64,000 nucleotides of DNA. It comes from Bifidobacterium breve. GTDB lineage: Bacteria; Bacteroidota; Bacteroidia; AKYH767-A; OLB10. The DNA is taken from NCBI GenBank assembly GCA_943329665.2, contig CALQEU020000003.1, positions 90,283 through 154,282 of the forward strand. Reading direction: 5' to 3'. The position numbers were made by a program, and so were the translations under genes. Of this stretch, positions 9,326 through 18,838 are shown in pieces. Within the stretch, counting starts at the first letter, position 1; each line of letters starts with the position of its first letter. The notes under the pieces were generated by a model. It saw only the letters and a list, made by a program, of their open reading frames with translations, searched no databases and had not been told where the DNA came from.

Positions 9326-10402
9326 ATGATTAGTCTCGAAGGACTCACTACTTTACTACAAACCTGGTTGCAAAATACTTTAGGGGAATCCTGGGCTTTT
9401 ACTGCTGAAAGTGTATTAGTAGGGATTGCTGCCATTACGCTTTTTGCTTTTTTAGGATTGGCTCTCGTGTATATGGAAAGAAAAGTTGCGGCGTTGATGC
9501 AAATTCGATTAGGACCCAATCGCGTGGGACCCAAAGGGATTTTTCAAACATCAGCCGACACATTGAAGTTGGTTATGAAAGAAGGATTGACTCCCGATGG
9601 TGCCGATAAATTTTTATTCAACTTAGCACCCTTCATGGTCATGATTGCAGCGATGTTGGTATTAGCACCAATTGCATTCGCGCGCAATTTTCAAATTTGG
9701 GATTTGAGTATTGGTGTGTTGTATGTGGCTGCTGTTTCTTCGGTAGCTGTTATTGGAATCTTGATGGCAGGATGGTCGAGTAATAATAAATATTCACTGT
9801 TGGGTGCTATGCGTAGTGCCGCACAGATTGTGAGCTACGAACTTTCGGCCGGACTTTCAATTTTGGCAATTGTTATTTTAACAGGAAGTTTACGCATCAG
9901 CGATATCATTAATTCGCAGGCTGACGGATGGTGGATCATCAAAGGTCATGTTCCCGTGTTAATTGCATTTATTGTTTTTTTAATTGCAGTGACAGCAGAA
10001 ACCAATCGTGCACCGTTTGACTTAGCCGAAGCAGAATCTGAATTAACGGCTGGATTTCATACCGAGTATTCAGGAATGAAATTCGCATTGTTCTTTTTAG
10101 CAGAGTATATAAATATATTTATCGGATGTGCCATTGGCGCTACACTCTTTTTTGGAGGATGGATGCCGTTTCATATTGGAGGTTGGGACAGCTTTAACCA
10201 TGTAATGGATTTCATTCCGTCGTCGCTTTGGTTCTTTGGAAAAACTATATTTTTAATCTTTTTAATTATGTGGTTTCGATGGACATTCCCTCGTTTACGA
10301 ATCGATCAACTATTAAACTTAGAGTGGAAATACTTATTACCTATTAGCATGGTCAATCTTTTAATTGTCACCTTTATGGCGATTATGGGATGGCATTTAT
10401 AA
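9326..10402 (+). CDS. nuoH: NADH-quinone oxidoreductase subunit H
   Basis: ERKVAALMQIRLGPNRVGP and ETNRAPFDLAEAESELTAGFHTEYSG. Confidence 0.97.
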   Translation: MISLEGLTTLLQTWLQNTLGESWAFTAESVLVGIAAITLFAFLGLALVYMERKVAALMQIRLGPNRVGPKGIFQTSADTLKLVMKEGLTPDGADKFLFNLAPFMVMIAAMLVLAPIAFARNFQIWDLSIGVLYVAAVSSVAVIGILMAGWSSNNKYSLLGAMRSAAQIVSYELSAGLSILAIVILTGSLRISDIINSQADGWWIIKGHVPVLIAFIVFLIAVTAETNRAPFDLAEAESELTAGFHTEYSGMKFALFFLAEYINIFIGCAIGATLFFGGWMPFHIGGWDSFNHVMDFIPSSLWFFGKTIFLIFLIMWFRWTFPRLRIDQLLNLEWKYLLPISMVNLLIVTFMAIMGWHL

Positions 10403-10416
10403 TAATAAACTGAAAG

Positions 10417-10887
10417 ATGTTTCTTAAAGAATACTTTAAAACCATATACCTCACCGTTAGCTCCTTGCTCAAAGGCATGAAGACGACGGGTTATTATTTT
10501 ACTCACCAAAAAGAAATCATCACAGAGCAATATCCTGAGGTGCGACCTTTATTGGCCGAGCGTTTCAAAGGAGAGGTCATTATGCCACACAACGAAGCGA
10601 ACGAGCATAGTTGCACGGGATGTCAGGCTTGCGAAATAGCTTGTCCGAATGGAACGATAAAGATTGTGACCAAAAATGAAATCAACGCAGAAGGAAAAAA
10701 GAAAAAAGCAATTGATACATTTGTTTATCATTTAGAATTATGCACCATGTGTAATCTATGTGTTGTTGCATGTCCATCGGATGCGATTATTATGGCAAAC
10801 AATTATGAGCATAGTGTATTTGACAGAAGAGAATTGACAAAGGTCTTGAATAATCCAGGTTCTAAAATTATGGAGGGCATTGAATAA
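10417..10887 (+). CDS. nuoI: NADH-quinone oxidoreductase subunit I (2x[4Fe-4S])
   Basis: TEQYPE, CTGCQACEIACP and CTMCNLCVVACP. Confidence 0.93.
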   Translation: MFLKEYFKTIYLTVSSLLKGMKTTGYYFTHQKEIITEQYPEVRPLLAERFKGEVIMPHNEANEHSCTGCQACEIACPNGTIKIVTKNEINAEGKKKKAIDTFVYHLELCTMCNLCVVACPSDAIIMANNYEHSVFDRRELTKVLNNPGSKIMEGIE

Positions 10888-11405
10888 TGAGTGCATCAGC
10901 CATCGCCTTTTATTGTATTGCAGCGTTTATCCTAATTGCGGGAATACTTACCGTTACTACTAAAAAATTATTTAGAGCTGCTATTTGGTTATTATTTTCG
11001 TTAATCGGAATTGCAGCACTTTTCTTCTGGATGGAAGTAGAATTTGCGGCGGCGGTGCAAGTCATCGTGTATGTAGGTGGAATTGTTGTACTCATTATTT
11101 TCTCCATCTTCCTAACGAACCAAGAAGGAGTTAATATGCCATCTGCCTTGAAGAAGCGATCGCTTTTTTCAGGGCTTGCTGTCGTTTCAGCCGCTGCCTA
11201 TACATGCACATTATTATGTAGTCATTATTGGATGAAAGGATCAGAAGAAGTTTTTGATCCTTCTGTAAAAAAAATTGGATATCTATTAGTTGCCAATACT
11301 CCTGAAAGCTTCGTACTTCCATTTGAATTGGTGAGTGTATTATTATTAGCGGCTATGATCGGATGTATTGTCATTGCCATGAAAGCACAACCTGAAAGCA
11401 AATGA
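10887..11405 (+). CDS. nuoJ: NADH-quinone oxidoreductase subunit J
   Basis: QVIVYVGGIVVL and LPFELVSVLLL; TAATG overlap with nuoI. Confidence 0.95.
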   Translation: MSASAIAFYCIAAFILIAGILTVTTKKLFRAAIWLLFSLIGIAALFFWMEVEFAAAVQVIVYVGGIVVLIIFSIFLTNQEGVNMPSALKKRSLFSGLAVVSAAAYTCTLLCSHYWMKGSEEVFDPSVKKIGYLLVANTPESFVLPFELVSVLLLAAMIGCIVIAMKAQPESK

Positions 11406-11716
11406 GCGAAATACCACTTGAACATCTCTTAATGCTGAGTACCGCCTTATTTTTTATTGGTGCTTATGGATTTCTTACTAGAAGAAATATGATTGCGATG
11501 TTAATGTCGTTGGAGCTGATGTTAAATAGCGTTAACATCAACTTCATTGTATTCAACAAATATTTATTCCCCGATACGATTGAGGGACTTGGATTCACCA
11601 TCTTCATCATTGCGATTGCTGCAGCAGAAGCTGCGGTTGCCATTGCCATCATTATAAATCTCTATCGCAACACGAAAAATATTGATGCTGAAAATGCAGA
11701 TCACTTAAAGCATTAA
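11402..11716 (+). CDS. nuoK: NADH-quinone oxidoreductase subunit K
   Basis: RRNMIAMLMSLELMLN and AAAEAAVAIAI. Confidence 0.96.
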   Translation: MSEIPLEHLLMLSTALFFIGAYGFLTRRNMIAMLMSLELMLNSVNINFIVFNKYLFPDTIEGLGFTIFIIAIAAAEAAVAIAIIINLYRNTKNIDAENADHLKH

Positions 11717-11731
11717 TCATCTCCGTCTAAT

Positions 11732-13669
11732 ATGAGTTTAGCAAATACTATTCAACTTATTGTTCTCCTCCCCTTGGGCAGCTTCTTGCTGCTTGGAATT
11801 TTTGGCAGAAAATATTTATCCTCCCTTTCTGGAATGATTGGAACCACTTCTTTGTTGGTGTCCGCCATTCTTTCTATTCAAACGGCTTATCAATATTTTT
11901 TCCTGAACACTGCAGGATCCTTCGAAAAAATTATTGCTTGGAAAATGACTTGGCTAACTTTTTCTGAAGGAGTTTCCATTGATATGGGAATATTAGTAGA
12001 TCCTATTTCGGTGATGATGTTAGTAGTAGTAACTGTAGTTTCATTGATGGTGCATGTATATAGTTTGGGTTATATGAAAGGAGATGAGCGATTCGCTACC
12101 TACTACTCTTTCTTATCACTTTTTACTTTCTCCATGTTGGGATTAGTAATTGCAGTAAATATTTTCCAGATTTATATGTTTTGGGAGTTGGTGGGTGTTT
12201 CTTCTTTTCTGTTGATTGGATACTACTTTGAAAAACCAAGTGCTGTAGCTGCTTCTAAAAAAGCATTTATTGTAACACGTTTTGCCGACTTAGGATTTTT
12301 AATTGGAATATTAATTTTAGGATTCGAAGCTAAAACATTAGACTTCGTTACCTTGATTGAGAGATTAACAACATCTAATTCTCCTTATTTAGTTTCTGCC
12401 ACTACAGCCAGTTTCTTAGGAGCGAGTGCGCTAACTTGGGGTTTACTTCTTGTATTCATGGGAGGTGCAGGTAAGAGTGCCATGTTCCCCTTACATATTT
12501 GGTTGCCCGATGCGATGGAAGGTCCAACGCCCGTTTCTGCATTAATTCATGCAGCGACGATGGTTGTTGCGGGTGTTTTCTTAGTGGCTCGATTGTTTCC
12601 CATCTTTTCTATTTCTTGTCCAGGAGCTTTAGAGGTTGTGATGTGGACCGGAGTTATTTCAGCATTGTTTGCCGCACTCATCGCTTGCACACAAACTGAT
12701 ATTAAAAGAGTACTTGCCTATTCCACGATGTCACAAATTGGATATATGATGTTTGCGTTGGGTGTGTCTGGATATGGAAATGAAGCAGGATTAGGATTCA
12801 CGGCTTCGATGTTTCATTTGTTCACACATGCATTCTTCAAAGCCTTACTGTTCTTGGGAGCTGGTGCTGTGATACATTACATACATAGCAACGAAATGAA
12901 AGATATGGGCGGATTGAGAAAATCGATGCCCATCACGCATATTACATTTTTGATTGCCTGTTTAGCGATTGCCGGAATTCCACCGTTTGCTGGATTCTTT
13001 AGTAAAGAAGAAATTTTGACGGCAGCGCATCATGCCAATCCAATGGTATATTATATTGCATTACTAACGGCAGGCATTACCGCATTTTACATGTTCCGAT
13101 TATATTACAATATCTTTTGGTCGAAGGAAGCAAAGACGGCACATCACGATGACGATCATCATGGCGAAGGAACCTGGAGCATGAAAATTCCATTGTTGAT
13201 TCTAAGCGTTGGTGCTATCGCAGCCGGATTTATTCCATTTGGAAGTTTTGTTTCAAGCGATGGTCATCCTTTACATATTCCGTTTGAAATTTCGGCGGCT
13301 ATTCTTCCGGTTATTATTGCAGTAAGTGGAATTGCGCTTGCTACCTTGTTTTATAAAACGGAAAACGATCGTCCCGATAAATTATCTGCTTCGTTTCAAG
13401 GAATATACAAAACCGCTTATCATAAGTTTTATATCGATGAGATTTATTTATTCATCACTAAAAAAATAGTATTCAACTTAATTGCACAACCATCTGCTTG
13501 GGTGGATAAAAATATTATTGACGGGAGCATGAATGGACTTGCTTCTTTAGTGGTATGGAAATCCAATTTGATTAAATCAATACAATCCGGAAAAGTGCAA
13601 GATTATGCTTTATACTTCTTCCTTGCTGCATTTGGCATCACGGCACTGACCATTTATTTAGTAAACTAA
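11732..13669 (+). CDS. nuoL: NADH-quinone oxidoreductase subunit L
   Basis: GKSAMFPLHIWLPDAMEGPTPVSALIHAATMV and HAFFKALLFL. Confidence 0.97.
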   Translation: MSLANTIQLIVLLPLGSFLLLGIFGRKYLSSLSGMIGTTSLLVSAILSIQTAYQYFFLNTAGSFEKIIAWKMTWLTFSEGVSIDMGILVDPISVMMLVVVTVVSLMVHVYSLGYMKGDERFATYYSFLSLFTFSMLGLVIAVNIFQIYMFWELVGVSSFLLIGYYFEKPSAVAASKKAFIVTRFADLGFLIGILILGFEAKTLDFVTLIERLTTSNSPYLVSATTASFLGASALTWGLLLVFMGGAGKSAMFPLHIWLPDAMEGPTPVSALIHAATMVVAGVFLVARLFPIFSISCPGALEVVMWTGVISALFAALIACTQTDIKRVLAYSTMSQIGYMMFALGVSGYGNEAGLGFTASMFHLFTHAFFKALLFLGAGAVIHYIHSNEMKDMGGLRKSMPITHITFLIACLAIAGIPPFAGFFSKEEILTAAHHANPMVYYIALLTAGITAFYMFRLYYNIFWSKEAKTAHHDDDHHGEGTWSMKIPLLILSVGAIAAGFIPFGSFVSSDGHPLHIPFEISAAILPVIIAVSGIALATLFYKTENDRPDKLSASFQGIYKTAYHKFYIDEIYLFITKKIVFNLIAQPSAWVDKNIIDGSMNGLASLVVWKSNLIKSIQSGKVQDYALYFFLAAFGITALTIYLVN

Positions 13670-13675
13670 AAAGAA

Positions 13676-15178
13676 ATGAACTTACATCTATTAGTCATAG
13701 CGCCCATCGTTACTGCAGTGTTTATTCTTTTCTTTAAAGAACTTCGACAAGTGCGCATGATTGCCTTACTAGGAGCTGGATTCCAATTAATAATCTCCGT
13801 ACTCTTACTAAGTACTTTTTGTAATGAAAGAGCTGCTGGAAATACAGCGCCAATGCTCTTTTATAATTCCGTAGAATGGTTTAGTCCTTTAGGCATTGCA
13901 TTCACAACGGGCATTGATGGAATTTCCTTATCGATGATACTTCTTTCTGCCTTTGTTGTTTTAGCGGGTGTATTGGTAAGTTGGAAGATGGAAAAAATGA
14001 GCAGAGAATTTTTCTTCTTGTTAACCTTATTAAGTGCCGGAGCCTATGGCTTCTTTATTTCTTTAGATTTATTTACACTCTTCTTCTTCTTAGAAATTGC
14101 AGTAATTCCAAAATTCATGCTCATCGGTATTTGGGGCAGTGGTAGAAAAGAATACAGCGCTATGAAACTTGCCTTAATGTTGATGGCAGGATCTGCTTTT
14201 GTGTTTTTAGGATTGTTAGGATTGTATTTTAGTACTAACGTAGGCAATGGTCAACATACTTTCGACTTCATTGCAATTTCAAGATCTGCCATACCTTTGG
14301 ACACACAACTATTATTTTTTCCGCTTGCATTTATTGGCTTCGGAATTTTTGGTGCGTTGTTTCCCTTTCATACTTGGGTTCCTGATGGACATAGTTCGGC
14401 GCCAACTGCGGCTTCCATGTTTCTTGCGGGTATCTCTATGAAATTAGGAGGGTATGGATGTTTACGTGTCGCTACTTACTTAATGCCAGAAGCAGCGCAT
14501 GTGTATGCTCCTTATATTATTCTATTAGCCACCATCGCTATTATCTACGGAGCTTTTGCTACCATGATGCAAACCGACTTAAAATACATCAATGCTTACT
14601 CCTCGGTGAGTCACTGTGGATTTGTATTACTGGGAATTGGTATGCTCAACGAAACTGCGATTGCAGGTGCGGTTATGCAAATGATCTCGCACGGATTGAT
14701 GACAGCACTTTTCTTCGCCGCTATTGGAATGATTTACGAAAGAACGCATACTCGAATGGTAGCACAGTTAGGAGGCCTTTTAAAAGTCATGCCGTTTATT
14801 TCCACCATCTTTATCATCTCTGGTTTATGCTCTTTAGGACTTCCAGGCTTTAGTGGATTTGTTGCAGAGATGACGGTTTTCATGGGTTCGTGGCAACACA
14901 CAGAAATGTTTTATCGAATTGCAACCATTTTATCTTGTGCTTCCATTGTTGTAACGGCGGTGTATATACTTCGTGCGGCAGGAAAGTCCATTATGGGACC
15001 CCTAGCAAACGAACAACACTTATCATTAGGCGATGCTACGTGGAATGAAAAATCGGCAGCAGTACTCTTATTAAGTGGAATTGTAGTTATTGGTATTGCT
15101 CCATTCTGGTTAAATGAATTAATAAGTCCGGACGTGAATGGACTCATGGTAAATATTGGTCGCACCTTCATTCCTTAA
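13676..15178 (+). CDS. nuoM: NADH-quinone oxidoreductase subunit M
   Basis: FPFHTWVPDGHSSAPT, MKLGGYG, AYSSVSH and LGLPGFSGFVAE. Confidence 0.95.
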   Translation: MNLHLLVIAPIVTAVFILFFKELRQVRMIALLGAGFQLIISVLLLSTFCNERAAGNTAPMLFYNSVEWFSPLGIAFTTGIDGISLSMILLSAFVVLAGVLVSWKMEKMSREFFFLLTLLSAGAYGFFISLDLFTLFFFLEIAVIPKFMLIGIWGSGRKEYSAMKLALMLMAGSAFVFLGLLGLYFSTNVGNGQHTFDFIAISRSAIPLDTQLLFFPLAFIGFGIFGALFPFHTWVPDGHSSAPTAASMFLAGISMKLGGYGCLRVATYLMPEAAHVYAPYIILLATIAIIYGAFATMMQTDLKYINAYSSVSHCGFVLLGIGMLNETAIAGAVMQMISHGLMTALFFAAIGMIYERTHTRMVAQLGGLLKVMPFISTIFIISGLCSLGLPGFSGFVAEMTVFMGSWQHTEMFYRIATILSCASIVVTAVYILRAAGKSIMGPLANEQHLSLGDATWNEKSAAVLLLSGIVVIGIAPFWLNELISPDVNGLMVNIGRTFIP

Positions 15179-15181
15179 CGA

Positions 15182-16600
15182 TTGACAATGATAAATGAAT
15201 TCATCTATTTAATGAAACATGAGCTCATGCTCTGTGTCATACTTTTCTCCCTCTTAATAATGAAGATTGCCAGTAACGACGAAAACTCTGGACGTTGGCA
15301 TTTGATGATCAATCTGCTTTTATTAGTAAACCTCCTCGTTGGCTTTTGCTACAATATTTCGGGTGAACTTTTCAATGGGATGTTTCAATCAAGCGAATTA
15401 ATTCAACTCGAAAAAAATATTCTCAACCTCGGCTTACTCATCATCTCGCTGCAAGCACATCCATACACACGCACCCATCGACACGCACCCGAATTCTACA
15501 TCCTTTTACTGTCTTCAGTCTTGGGAATGTTCTTCATGTTATCATCGGGACATCTTCTTTTATTTTACATCGGCTTAGAACTATCGACGATTCCGTTAGC
15601 TGCTTTAGCCAATTTCAATCTCAACAAAAGTGCTTCTTCAGAGGCGGGAATGAAAATGATTATGTCATCGGCATTTAGCTCTGCCTTTTTGTTGATGGGC
15701 ATCTCGTTGATGTATGGAACTACGGGATCCTTATCGTTTTCAGAAATCACATTACAATTGACGGGGGCGCCGTTACAAGTATTTGCTTTTGTGATGTTGT
15801 TTGTTGGATTTGCCTTTAAACTTTCCATTGTCCCCTTCCACTTCTGGACTGCGGATGTATATGAAGGAGCACCCGTTTCTGTCGCAGCCTTTTTATCGGT
15901 GATATCAAAGTCGGCGATTGCCTTTGTGTTTGTCACGGTGCTCTATTCCGTTTTTGAATCGATGGTGAATGTTTGGTATATTTTACTTTTTATTACAGCA
16001 GTTCTTACGATTGGCATTGGTAATTTATTTGCGCTGCGACAAGAAAACATAAAGCGATTCCTTGCCTTCTCTTCCATCGCACAAGTTGGATTTATATTGG
16101 TTGGCATTTCGGGAGGAACACAAGAAAGTGAAGCATCCGTTATTTACTTTTTATTGATCTACATCTTTTCCAACTTGGGTGCCTTTGGTGTAGTGAACAT
16201 CGTATCTTCTATTACTAGTAAAGAAAGCATCAACGATTACAAAGGTTTTTATAAAACCAATCCAGCCTTAAGTTGGATCATGACTATTTCCTTATTTTCA
16301 TTAGCGGGCATTCCTCCTACTGCGGGATTTTTCGGGAAATTATTCTTGCTCACGGCAGGTGCATCTACTGGAAATTATGTTCTCATTGCATTTGCTGCCA
16401 TCAACATGGTAGTATCCATGTACTATTATTTGCGAATTGTAAAAGCAATGTTCATGGAAGCTAACGAGCATCCCATTCAAAAAATATCGTTTAGTCTTTT
16501 CCCAAGTATTGCCCTTATCATTTGCATTGTCGGAATATTGTTGACGGGGTTTAGTGGAAATCTTTACACCTATATTTACGAACTAAGCATCGGCATTTAA
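15182..16600 (+). CDS. nuoN: NADH-quinone oxidoreductase subunit N
   Basis: FKLSIVPFHFWTADVYEGAP and SLAGIPPTAGFFGK. Confidence 0.96.
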   Translation: MTMINEFIYLMKHELMLCVILFSLLIMKIASNDENSGRWHLMINLLLLVNLLVGFCYNISGELFNGMFQSSELIQLEKNILNLGLLIISLQAHPYTRTHRHAPEFYILLLSSVLGMFFMLSSGHLLLFYIGLELSTIPLAALANFNLNKSASSEAGMKMIMSSAFSSAFLLMGISLMYGTTGSLSFSEITLQLTGAPLQVFAFVMLFVGFAFKLSIVPFHFWTADVYEGAPVSVAAFLSVISKSAIAFVFVTVLYSVFESMVNVWYILLFITAVLTIGIGNLFALRQENIKRFLAFSSIAQVGFILVGISGGTQESEASVIYFLLIYIFSNLGAFGVVNIVSSITSKESINDYKGFYKTNPALSWIMTISLFSLAGIPPTAGFFGKLFLLTAGASTGNYVLIAFAAINMVVSMYYYLRIVKAMFMEANEHPIQKISFSLFPSIALIICIVGILLTGFSGNLYTYIYELSIGI

Positions 16601-16612
16601 TCGAAGAATAGT

Positions 16613-16993
16613 ATGGCCATAAATAAAAATCATGAATTTGAGGAATTGGACGGAGTCAAATGCTGCATTGTTGAAAAAGCAGTTTCGATGGAGCGTGTAA
16701 ATTTCATTAAGCCTTTGTTAGAAGGAAATGGGTATACGGTAGTCGTTAGTGGAATCATTCCCAAAGCACCCGTTCCTGCTCCCGTTGCTGAAGGAGAAAC
16801 GCCGGCACCACTACCTCCACCCATCGAACCTACACAATTTACTATTGGTGTAACGGATATGTGCTATAATACTATCAATGCCATTTTTGGTAGATTTTTA
16901 AGAACCCGAGAAGGGAAAGTAGTTACACTTGCTTATTGGCAACAACAAGATGAGCAGGCACAAGATGTTTCTTACTTTGATTTTGGAGCGTAG
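16613..16993 (+). CDS. Hypothetical soluble protein, apparent last gene of the nuo operon
   Basis: ATG 12 bp after the nuoN stop; two globular-looking halves separated by a Pro/Ala-rich insert; no family recognised. Confidence 0.75.
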   Translation: MAINKNHEFEELDGVKCCIVEKAVSMERVNFIKPLLEGNGYTVVVSGIIPKAPVPAPVAEGETPAPLPPPIEPTQFTIGVTDMCYNTINAIFGRFLRTREGKVVTLAYWQQQDEQAQDVSYFDFGA

Positions 16994-17333
16994 AGCTCAT
17001 TTGTCTCACAAAGTGAAAAAGTAAAATTCCCCTTTAGGCTAAACAAAAAGGTCCTTTTTACTATTTTATTTGATTGAACTCCAAATGCCTTTCTTATAAA
17101 CAATGTCTAAATATTAATAATCAATCATTTGTATCTTTTTGGTGTCTTAAAAGCAAAGACGCATATACTTGTATATTTTTGATAATCAACGTTATTCAAT
17201 AAAATTGTCCCCTCAATACTTAGTCTTGATATTGGTCAAATAAGGTAAAAAAAATTGAGTTTTATTCTTATTTGCCTAAAAAAGGTTAATTAAGATTTTT
17301 TATTTGACCTTATTTTACTATTTTTGAGGTTGT

Positions 17334-18764
17334 ATGACATTATTACCATTTTCAGAACAGCAAATCATCACACGCTTACAATTCGAAAATCCGTGGTGGA
17401 CAACGAGCCAATTGGATCCATTTTATGAATCCTTTGCCCCTCGACTTTATTTCAATTTGCTTTATCCACTAATAAAAAAATCTACCGTGCAACGTGCAGT
17501 TGTTTTAATGGGTCCAAGAAGAGTTGGTAAAACGGTGATGCTTTATCATACCATTCAAAAATTAATTGCAGAAGGAGTCTCGCCACAAAAAATTTTATTC
17601 ATCTCCATTGAAACTCCCATCTACAATACAATTTCTATAGATGCCCTGTTCACCATGGCACAAAAAGCAACGGGTAAAATGGATGCAACGGGATGGTATG
17701 TTTTCATTGATGAAATTCAATATTTAAAAGATTGGGAAGTACATTTAAAAACAGTGGTTGACGACTTTAAGTTGTCGAAATTTATCGCCAGTGGATCAGC
17801 TGCTGCAGCACTTAAACTCAAAAGTAATGAGAGTGGTGCTGGTCGCTTTACGGACTTTATATTGCCTCCTCTTACTTTTTATGAATACATCCATCTAAAA
17901 AAATTAGATGCATTGATACAACCAGGCACCATCAACTGGAAAGGAAACATTGCAAAGTTTTCGTCCACTACGAACATTACTGAACTCAACCAACACTTTA
18001 TTGAATATGTAAATTTTGGAGGGTATCCTGAAGTCATCTTCAATAAAGAAATACAAAATAATCCAGCCCGGTTTATGCGTGCTGATATTATAGATAAGGT
18101 TTTGCTAAGAGATTTGCCCGGATTGTATGGCATTAAAGATGTGCAAGAATTAAATTCTCTCTTCACTACCATTGCATGGAACAGTGGACAAGAATGCAGC
18201 ATAGATGAACTCAGTAAAAGAAGCGGTGTAAAAAAAACTACGATACGACAATACATTGCCTATTTAGAAGCTGCATTTTTAATTCACTTAGTAAAACGTG
18301 TGGATCAAAAAGCGGGAAAATTTCAACGTGAAAATTTCTTTAAAATTTATCTTACCAATTCAAGTATACGGAGCGCATTATTTGCACCACTCACTGCTGA
18401 AGCAGATGGAATGGGCGCACTTATTGAAACCACTATTTTTAGTCAATGGATGCAGCGCATCTCCTTCATACCACACTATGCACGTTGGAAAAATGGCGAA
18501 GTCGATTTAATCAATATCAGTAACAAAACCAATCAACCCGATTGGGCAGTAGAAATTAAATGGAGCAATCGATATTTTGAGAAGTCCAATGAATTGAAAA
18601 GTCTGAGTTCCTTTTGCATCGAAAATAATCTTACGCAAGCTTTAGTCACCACCATTGACAAAACCGGAACTAAAGAGCTCAACAAAATTCAAATTCAATA
18701 TTTGCCTGCTGCCTTATATGCTTACAATGTTGGTAAAAATACATTAGAAAAGCAAAGTAATTAG
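17334..18764 (+). CDS. AAA_14-type ATPase with DUF4143 region and C-terminal PD-(D/E)XK-like motif
   Basis: Walker A GPRRVGKT, Walker B FIDEIQ, SGS, GGYPE, and C-terminal EVDL...AVEIK. Confidence 0.88.
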   Translation: MTLLPFSEQQIITRLQFENPWWTTSQLDPFYESFAPRLYFNLLYPLIKKSTVQRAVVLMGPRRVGKTVMLYHTIQKLIAEGVSPQKILFISIETPIYNTISIDALFTMAQKATGKMDATGWYVFIDEIQYLKDWEVHLKTVVDDFKLSKFIASGSAAAALKLKSNESGAGRFTDFILPPLTFYEYIHLKKLDALIQPGTINWKGNIAKFSSTTNITELNQHFIEYVNFGGYPEVIFNKEIQNNPARFMRADIIDKVLLRDLPGLYGIKDVQELNSLFTTIAWNSGQECSIDELSKRSGVKKTTIRQYIAYLEAAFLIHLVKRVDQKAGKFQRENFFKIYLTNSSIRSALFAPLTAEADGMGALIETTIFSQWMQRISFIPHYARWKNGEVDLINISNKTNQPDWAVEIKWSNRYFEKSNELKSLSSFCIENNLTQALVTTIDKTGTKELNKIQIQYLPAALYAYNVGKNTLEKQSN

Positions 18765-18838
18765 GGACTTCTGAAAAAGCAAAGGATTTAATTTAAGATT
18801 TACTTATTATGTGCTTGACAATGTAAATCGTTTTGAAA

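Noticed and set aside
6836-16600. Group 4 [NiFe]-hydrogenase or Mbx-like complex
   Set aside because: The large subunit lacks both CxxC Ni-binding motifs (RMDYLS, DIDR), and the gene set and order match Nuo
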